From contig OZ245011.1 in the NCBI GenBank assembly GCA_965223665.1, positions 1,024,001 through 1,088,000 on the forward strand: DNA of 64,000 bases, in the 5' to 3' direction. This stretch comes from Nitrospinaceae bacterium (GTDB lineage: Bacteria; Nitrospinota; Nitrospinia; Nitrospinales; Nitrospinaceae). This document shows positions 57,738-64,000 of the stretch, in pieces. A program made the translations under genes and the position numbers. The notes below the pieces were generated by a model, which was given only the letters and a program-made list of their open reading frames with translations, did no database searches and was not told the DNA's origin. How positions within the stretch are numbered: the first letter of the stretch is position 1; each line of letters starts with the position of its first letter.

Positions 57738-59992
57738 ACACCATTAACTAATTCATCTCGCGTACAATTACCTTTATAAATAAATCTTTGCACAGAATTT
57801 TTTATTGAATTATATTCTTCACCTGTTATTTCTTTAGCGGTAAAAACTATTAACGGTGTTTTATCCAGACTCTTATTCTTTCTAAGTTTAGTTATAAATT
57901 CCACACCACTCATTTCATCCATTGACATATCTGTCATAATTAAGGATGGCTTTTTCTTTTGAATATAATCTAAAGCTTTTTTCCCATTGGACTTTAGAAC
58001 AACATTCCATCCTTCGTTTTTAAATACTCTATCTAACATTGCCTGATTTATAGGATCTTTTTCTACTAAAAGTATGGGAGACTTTAATTGAACTTTTTTA
58101 AGATTTTTAATTATTTCTTGCATTCTTTTTATATTCAAATTGCCTTTAAGAAATATTACATGTGAAGGGTAACTATTAGTTTTAATAAATTTTGAATCTG
58201 CAAGGATATAAACAGGAACGTCTATTAAATTGGGATGATTTACAAACTCATTTAGATTATCGGACGTATAAGAACCTGTTTTCCTCATATCAAACACAAT
58301 AAAAAATGGTTTAATATTCATCGTTTTTAATAAAGCTTCCTCTGGGTTTAGAGCAAATATGGGATAATATCCTTTTTTAAATAGAAAAGGTTTAATTTCC
58401 GAATAGGATTCAATATTATCTTTTACAAATAGAACAGGTTTGAAGGTTTTCACTTTTGATGTTTCAAGTACTTTTTCATTTTTCCCATCAAAATTTATTT
58501 GCTCCTGACTTCCCATTTTTTCATAGTTAGGCTCAACTCTACTAACTTCATTATTCGGTTGGATTTGTTTTTCTTTATAATTTTCAGCCTTATTGTAATC
58601 CTTTGGTAATGAAATAGTAAAAACTGATCCCTTCCCTAATTCGCTATCTACATTAATATTCCCTCCAAGCAAAACAACCAATTGCCGGCTAATTGAAAGG
58701 CCCAAACCCGTGCCGCCATCTTTTTTATCCTTCGTTTTTCTTCCCTGATAAAATTCGTCAAAAACCCTTTTGGTTAACTTTGGGGACATCCCAATTCCAG
58801 TATCGGAAATAGCTATAATCAACTTTGAATTATTATCTTCTTCTTCCCAGTGAGCATTAATAATTATTTCTCCGTCTTGAGTAAACTTGCATGCATTACC
58901 CACAACATTCAAAAATATTTGCCTAACTCTGGTTATGTCCGAAGAAATTCTTCCCAGTTCATCTTTTCCGTTAAAACGTAATGTATTTCCATTTTTTTGG
59001 GCTATTGGGTTAAGAGTAGAAACGATCTCGTTTATTAAGTTGGAAATGGAAAAAGTTTCAATTTCTAATTTCAATCGTCCCGATTGAAATTTAGCCATGT
59101 CTAAAACATCATTAATTAAACTCAACAAATGTTTTCCAGCTGAGTCAATTGTTTTTAAATCTTGGATCAAATCATTTCGGTTTAATTTTTGAGCTTCCGC
59201 CTGCAACATCTCGCTATATCCCAAAATTGAGTTTAATGGGGTCCTCAGTTCATGTGACATATTGGCGAGAAACTCATTTTTTAACCTTGTGGCTGACTCA
59301 GCAGACTCTTTTGCAAACCAAAGCGATTCTTCAGCAATTTTTCGGTAGGCGACCTCTTCTTCAACTTTTTTCAGACTGATTTCCAGCTCTTTAGTCCGTG
59401 AGTTTATTTTTTTTTCTAAATTTTTGTTCTCCCACTCCAACAATTGATATAGTTCTAAACTCTCTATGGCATTTGCTGTGTTTTGCAGAATAATAGACAA
59501 TGGATATTTAATTCTTTCTTCAATATTATTTTTCTGACTATTAATAATTCCTACAAACATTCCACGAACCCTTCGTTTGGTGGCTAGAACGTGAAACACA
59601 AAATCTTTTTTCCCATTAATGGACTTTGATAAAATTGGCGCATTTTGATTTATTGCCCAAGCAAACTTACCATCTGCAATATGCTGATTGACCAACTTTT
59701 CAATTACTTCTTTTTTAGATTCCGGGAAGACATGAGTTAACACAAATTCTTGAGAATTTTCATTAACTAGATAATATGCAAAGCTTTCAAAATTAATTAT
59801 TTTCTTAATATGGTCACTAGATTTATTTAATATTTTTAGTGGATTTCGTTCAGAGTTTTCATCATGGTATTGCTCTTCCAGAGAAACTAAAATTTCAAAG
59901 CTGTACAAATACCATCGCGCCAAACTCTCTAGGTATTCTATGCGGACATTCTCTTTATTCTTCCAAATAGGTTTAATGACTTTTTCTTTCAT
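57716..59992 (-). CDS. Hybrid histidine kinase with two receiver-like domains
   Basis: SHELRTPLN, NVVGNACKFT, DTGIG, GTGLGL; degenerate first REC, second REC with MTDMSM. Confidence 0.92.
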   Translation of the reverse strand: MKEKVIKPIWKNKENVRIEYLESLARWYLYSFEILVSLEEQYHDENSERNPLKILNKSSDHIKKIINFESFAYYLVNENSQEFVLTHVFPESKKEVIEKLVNQHIADGKFAWAINQNAPILSKSINGKKDFVFHVLATKRRVRGMFVGIINSQKNNIEERIKYPLSIILQNTANAIESLELYQLLEWENKNLEKKINSRTKELEISLKKVEEEVAYRKIAEESLWFAKESAESATRLKNEFLANMSHELRTPLNSILGYSEMLQAEAQKLNRNDLIQDLKTIDSAGKHLLSLINDVLDMAKFQSGRLKLEIETFSISNLINEIVSTLNPIAQKNGNTLRFNGKDELGRISSDITRVRQIFLNVVGNACKFTQDGEIIINAHWEEEDNNSKLIIAISDTGIGMSPKLTKRVFDEFYQGRKTKDKKDGGTGLGLSISRQLVVLLGGNINVDSELGKGSVFTISLPKDYNKAENYKEKQIQPNNEVSRVEPNYEKMGSQEQINFDGKNEKVLETSKVKTFKPVLFVKDNIESYSEIKPFLFKKGYYPIFALNPEEALLKTMNIKPFFIVFDMRKTGSYTSDNLNEFVNHPNLIDVPVYILADSKFIKTNSYPSHVIFLKGNLNIKRMQEIIKNLKKVQLKSPILLVEKDPINQAMLDRVFKNEGWNVVLKSNGKKALDYIQKKKPSLIMTDMSMDEMSGVEFITKLRKNKSLDKTPLIVFTAKEITGEEYNSIKNSVQRFIYKGNCTRDELVNGVMEVVAR

Positions 59993-59996
59993 TTCT

Positions 59997-60854
59997 CTAT
60001 CTCAGAAACATTTGCATGGAATCTACAATTTGGATTTCAAGTAAATTGACAATTTTGGGAAGAGAATTTGATGGCAGTCCGATTGTTTCCCAGGCTTTTC
60101 CATCCATAGGAGGGACATGAATTTCGCCGGAAGAACCTACTTCCATTGCATGAACCAAAATATCAGAAAAATGCAAAACGGCAGTTTCAATTTCAAATGA
60201 TACTCCTTTTCTCGGATTATGATAATTTGTTACTGCAACACGAAAAGAGTTTGGGAGTTCCCATGAATGAATTAATTCACCGCCCACATCAGAATGATTA
60301 AAATTTAATATTTCTTCTTCAGCATTATGCAATAAAATTCCTTCCTGTTTTGAGAATCGAAATACTTCATTCATCTCTTTTTCAATGGCAGTAAGCATTA
60401 CCAGCCTTCCCAAATCATGAAGAATTCCTAACACATAAAATCTTTCGGTATTTGGTTGCCTGCATAAGGTTGCAATAATCCGCGCAGCTAATCCACACGC
60501 CAAACTATGGATCCAAAACATTTTCATATTTATTTGGGATTCCGGAAACCCCTTAAATTTTTCTATAATGGTGGTCGCAAGAACCAAATCTCTTAATTGC
60601 GCCGACCCAATTATTGTTATTGCATGTGTAATAGTCTCCACTTGATTTTTAAGTCCGTAAAAGGAACTATTAACTATATTCAATAATCTTCCGGACAAAC
60701 CAGGATCGCCACTTATTATTTTTGCTATAGAAGAAAAAGAGGATTCAGGATTTTCAACCGCATCATTTACTTTTTGGTAAATGGAAGGAAGTGTTGCCAT
60801 ATCTCCTGAAGAACAAATTATTTCTTTAGGACAAGAAAACAACTTATTGGTCAT
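59997..60854 (-). CDS. HDOD-domain protein
   Basis: LPS, DPGLSGRLL..VNS, FWIHS, GILHDLGRL, HSDVG..WELP. Confidence 0.93.
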   Translation of the reverse strand: MTNKLFSCPKEIICSSGDMATLPSIYQKVNDAVENPESSFSSIAKIISGDPGLSGRLLNIVNSSFYGLKNQVETITHAITIIGSAQLRDLVLATTIIEKFKGFPESQINMKMFWIHSLACGLAARIIATLCRQPNTERFYVLGILHDLGRLVMLTAIEKEMNEVFRFSKQEGILLHNAEEEILNFNHSDVGGELIHSWELPNSFRVAVTNYHNPRKGVSFEIETAVLHFSDILVHAMEVGSSGEIHVPPMDGKAWETIGLPSNSLPKIVNLLEIQIVDSMQMFLR

Positions 60855-61188
60855 TTTTCATCATCTTCTCAGTTTTTCTTTCTGTGGACAGGTCAAATAG
60901 TTCTTTAATAGCTGGATGCCTTTTGTCTGTAAACTTATACAATTCTTTCATTTCTTTTTCGACCAACTCAGTTATTCGAGGATCCTTTTTGTCGCAGGAT
61001 TTTTGACTATTCTCTTTTTTAAGGTCTCCTTCAATACAAACCTTACTAATACCCCAGCTTTTAAAAATTTTTATATGCTTATCTTTAATATAATTTCCAG
61101 CGGATAAAATGACTCTTCCCCGAATATCAACCGCATCTTTAGATAAAACCATCCCTTCAATTAACTCGGAAACATTTATGTTTTTCAT
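60844..61188 (-). CDS. Small protein resembling the HD-GYP/HDOD-associated N-terminal domain
   Basis: ELIEGMVLSKD..GRVILSAG..I..WGI..V. Confidence 0.7.
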   Translation of the reverse strand: MKNINVSELIEGMVLSKDAVDIRGRVILSAGNYIKDKHIKIFKSWGISKVCIEGDLKKENSQKSCDKKDPRITELVEKEMKELYKFTDKRHPAIKELFDLSTERKTEKMMKNDQ

Positions 61189-61203
61189 ATTTTTTTCACT
61201 TAC

Positions 61204-63999
61204 TTAAACCATACATACAGCAGCAACTTGGTTGTAATCACAAAACCCATTAAAAATTTTTAGGATTCCATCTTGTTTCAACGTCGTCATCCCTTCATCC
61301 ATAGCTAATTCTCGAATTTCTTCAACCAGAGATTTTTTCATAATTAGTCGTTTCATCTCAGGCGTCCCCTCCAATAGTTCATGCAATCCGAGACGCCCCG
61401 AATAACCCGTGTTCCCGCATTTAGAACATCCTACCGGTCTCATCAACTTCAAATCAGAGTTATATTCAATTCCAGTTTTAGCAAAATATTTTTCGCCATA
61501 CTGTTCCACTAAAAAGTCATATTCACTTTTTTCAGGATGGTACTCTTCTTTACACTTCGAGCAAAGGGTTCGCACCAAACGTTGGGCAAGAACTACTATT
61601 AAAGCGTCCGCGAAATTTATCGGATCCATTCCCATATCAATCAAACGAACAACAGTTTCCGGAGCAGAGTTCGTATGCAAAGTACTAAATACTAAATGAC
61701 CTGTAAGGGATGCTTCTAATCCGATTGAACAGGTCTCAACATCTCGCATTTCACCAACCATAATCACATCAGGGTCACATCGCAAAAAAGATCTCATCGC
61801 ACGAGCAAAATCCAAACCTATTTTCCCATGAACTTGTACCTGCCTTAAACCTGGTTGGGTAATTTCCACCGGATCTTCGGCAGTTAATATTTTCTTTTTA
61901 GGGGTGTTTATATATCCCAGTGCAGAATGCAGCGTTGTGGTTTTTCCTGATCCAGTAGGACCCACGACTAAAACCAAACCATAGGGTTTAACTATGCAAT
62001 CTTTTAATAATTTCTCATTTCTCTCGGTAAATCTCATTTGATCAAGGGATATTGGTTTGCTGGCAGCTAAGATACGCATTACAACATCTTCATTCCCTCC
62101 AACAGTAGGACAGGTGGCAACCCTTAGCTCAATAGTCTTTGAGCCGTACTTCATTTTAATTTTTCCATCCTGAGGAAGTCTTCTTTCTGCAATATCCAAT
62201 TTTGACATTATTTTCAATCTAGAAATAAAAGCTTGTTTATACACCGAAGGAATTTTCTCAACAACATCACACTCACCTTCTTTACGATATCTAACCAATA
62301 ATTCTGCCTTACCCACACCTGGTTCCACATGTATATCGGAAGCACCTAAATCATAAGCATCAGTGATAATTTTATTCACTAATCGAACAATGGAACTGTC
62401 TTTTTCAGTGATGGAACTTTCTTCTTCATCTTCATCTTCTACAACTCCAACATTATCATCTTCACTCATCAATGACTGCAAGAGAGAAGAAACATTTTCA
62501 TCATCAGTTGGTTCTGGCTCAATATTCTCTTCTATATTTTCACCGGAGGTTCCTAATAAGAAATCCAAAATATCAATTTTAAGTGCTACCCGAAACTGGA
62601 TCTCCTTTTTAGGAAAAATCATTTTAATACTTCGAATTTTATCCATATCGGAAGGGTCATCTACCAAAATCACTACAAAACGGTCTTCATTTTGTATTGG
62701 AACCCAATGGTTTTTAATTAAATGTTTCTTATTTAATCCCGAAAAAACTCTTTTAGGAAGGAGGGTATCAGAATTGTAACCAAAATATGGAATCCCATAA
62801 AAGTACTCAAGGGAACGACCCAAGTCCTCACGATTTAAATTATAGGAGTCAATTAAAATTCGTTCAACATCTACTCTTTCTCTTCTGGCTGTGGATATAG
62901 CTTTTTGTAATTCTTCCGGGGCAATCAAACCATTACTTACTAAAAAACTAAATTTTGTTGGCTTGTTTTTTAAAAATCTAGAATTATTAAAAAAAGCAAT
63001 TGCCAACATTTGCCCGATTGAAATAATATTTTTTTCATGATTATTATCAAATGGTTCAGTTGACTGCCTTCTGGATACTTGAAGAATTCCATAGAGCTTA
63101 TTCTCGTGAATCATTGGACAGCACAGCATAGCCTTTGTTTTTTCTTTTTCATTCTCATCAATCCCACCTTCAAATTTCAAATCTGGATGGAATTGACTTA
63201 GTTCTTCCTGAGAATATGCATCACTGACATTGATCATTCTCTTTTCTAATGCGGACCATCCTGGAATATTATCTGGAGAAATTGGACACCTAAATTCTTT
63301 CAACCCTTCGGGCGAATTAACTTTTGTGACAACCTCATTCTTGTTATTATCTATAGAATAAATAGCCACAAAATCGGCACTAAATAGTTCTTCCAATGGC
63401 TGCTGTGTAGAAAAGAGAATGTCTTCTAGGGTAGTGGCTTTTTGAATTATTAAGCTTAAATTCTGAATTTTTTCTTTCTTTTCTTCTAACTCCAGTTTTC
63501 CCAAAGAAGTACCAAGATGCATCGAAAACTCTTTAGCTAACTTTACAAATTGGTCTGAAAAGAGGGCTCCATCAATTTTATTAATAATTTCCAAAACCCC
63601 AATTGCGGAGTTTTCAAAATGAATGGGAACCACAAGAGCAGTTTTGGTCTTGAAACCTAGTCTAGAATCCCACTCGGGATCATGGGAAAGTCCGTGGTAG
63701 CGTTTTAAGTCTTCAGGATCATAAGCATCATTAATTACTAAAGAAATATCATTAAGGAAGGAGTATCCTGGTAAATTAGACTCCATCAATGGAAGTCTTT
63801 TCTCTTCAATTTCTTCGTTAATTAAATTTCTCGAGAACAATTCCTTTCTTTTATTATCAACTGAATAAATAACTAAACTTTCACAGTCAAAAAATTCTTT
63901 TAACTCATCCGACAAATTGAAAAAAGCTTCATTAATACTTTCAGAAGATACAATAGAAACAATTTGAGCTAAAATTGGTTTGATGCGGTCGGATATCCT
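61204..63999 (-). CDS. GspE/PilB-family ATPase with tandem N-terminal GAF domains; frame open to window edge
   Basis: Two GAF domains; ASDIHVEP, RRLPQDG, GPTGSGKTT, DPDVIMVGEMRD, STLHTN, two CxxC. Confidence 0.93.
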   Translation of the reverse strand, partial: RISDRIKPILAQIVSIVSSESINEAFFNLSDELKEFFDCESLVIYSVDNKRKELFSRNLINEEIEEKRLPLMESNLPGYSFLNDISLVINDAYDPEDLKRYHGLSHDPEWDSRLGFKTKTALVVPIHFENSAIGVLEIINKIDGALFSDQFVKLAKEFSMHLGTSLGKLELEEKKEKIQNLSLIIQKATTLEDILFSTQQPLEELFSADFVAIYSIDNNKNEVVTKVNSPEGLKEFRCPISPDNIPGWSALEKRMINVSDAYSQEELSQFHPDLKFEGGIDENEKEKTKAMLCCPMIHENKLYGILQVSRRQSTEPFDNNHEKNIISIGQMLAIAFFNNSRFLKNKPTKFSFLVSNGLIAPEELQKAISTARRERVDVERILIDSYNLNREDLGRSLEYFYGIPYFGYNSDTLLPKRVFSGLNKKHLIKNHWVPIQNEDRFVVILVDDPSDMDKIRSIKMIFPKKEIQFRVALKIDILDFLLGTSGENIEENIEPEPTDDENVSSLLQSLMSEDDNVGVVEDEDEEESSITEKDSSIVRLVNKIITDAYDLGASDIHVEPGVGKAELLVRYRKEGECDVVEKIPSVYKQAFISRLKIMSKLDIAERRLPQDGKIKMKYGSKTIELRVATCPTVGGNEDVVMRILAASKPISLDQMRFTERNEKLLKDCIVKPYGLVLVVGPTGSGKTTTLHSALGYINTPKKKILTAEDPVEITQPGLRQVQVHGKIGLDFARAMRSFLRCDPDVIMVGEMRDVETCSIGLEASLTGHLVFSTLHTNSAPETVVRLIDMGMDPINFADALIVVLAQRLVRTLCSKCKEEYHPEKSEYDFLVEQYGEKYFAKTGIEYNSDLKLMRPVGCSKCGNTGYSGRLGLHELLEGTPEMKRLIMKKSLVEEIRELAMDEGMTTLKQDGILKIFNGFCDYNQVAAVCMV

Positions 64000-64000
64000 T

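Overview
AT-rich bacterial chromosome segment. The gene content (dapL, c-type cytochromes, GAF-PilB, B12 radical SAM) would fit a Nitrospinota-like or similar Gram-negative organism; this is an inference only. Bases 1-20 kb are mostly housekeeping: BtuC-like permease, cobQ, frameshifted TonB-like gene, dapL, folK, thiI/cysteine desulfurase, ubiX, tmk, DnaJ-like, RND pump, DsbA, radical SAM. A sigma54-driven secreted metalloprotease and tRNA-Pro(GGG) follow. Directly after the tRNA lies a decayed integrative island. It contains a broken tyrosine integrase fused in frame to the N-terminus of an unrelated gene, then a compact operon of uncharacterised function (PHP phosphoesterase, amphi-Trp, PhoU-kinase fusion, RimK-like ATP-grasp, HprK-related kinase, second amphi-Trp with a C-terminal Glu tail). 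This operon matches the 'GAK system' architecture but has no CofD-like gene. It is followed by a secreted phytase/alkaline-phosphatase-like gene, and 11-bp-periodic Pho-box-like repeats occur upstream of the operon and of one later gene. This phosphate-linked module is the most interesting system in the window. Further on are a 3782-aa TPS-type adhesin (12 FG-GAP-like and 14 tandem MBG repeats) lying between a degenerate YfiN-type sensor kinase and its YfiR partner, an apparently exact 277-bp tandem duplication, and a GAF-PilB/HDOD/hybrid-kinase signalling cluster.
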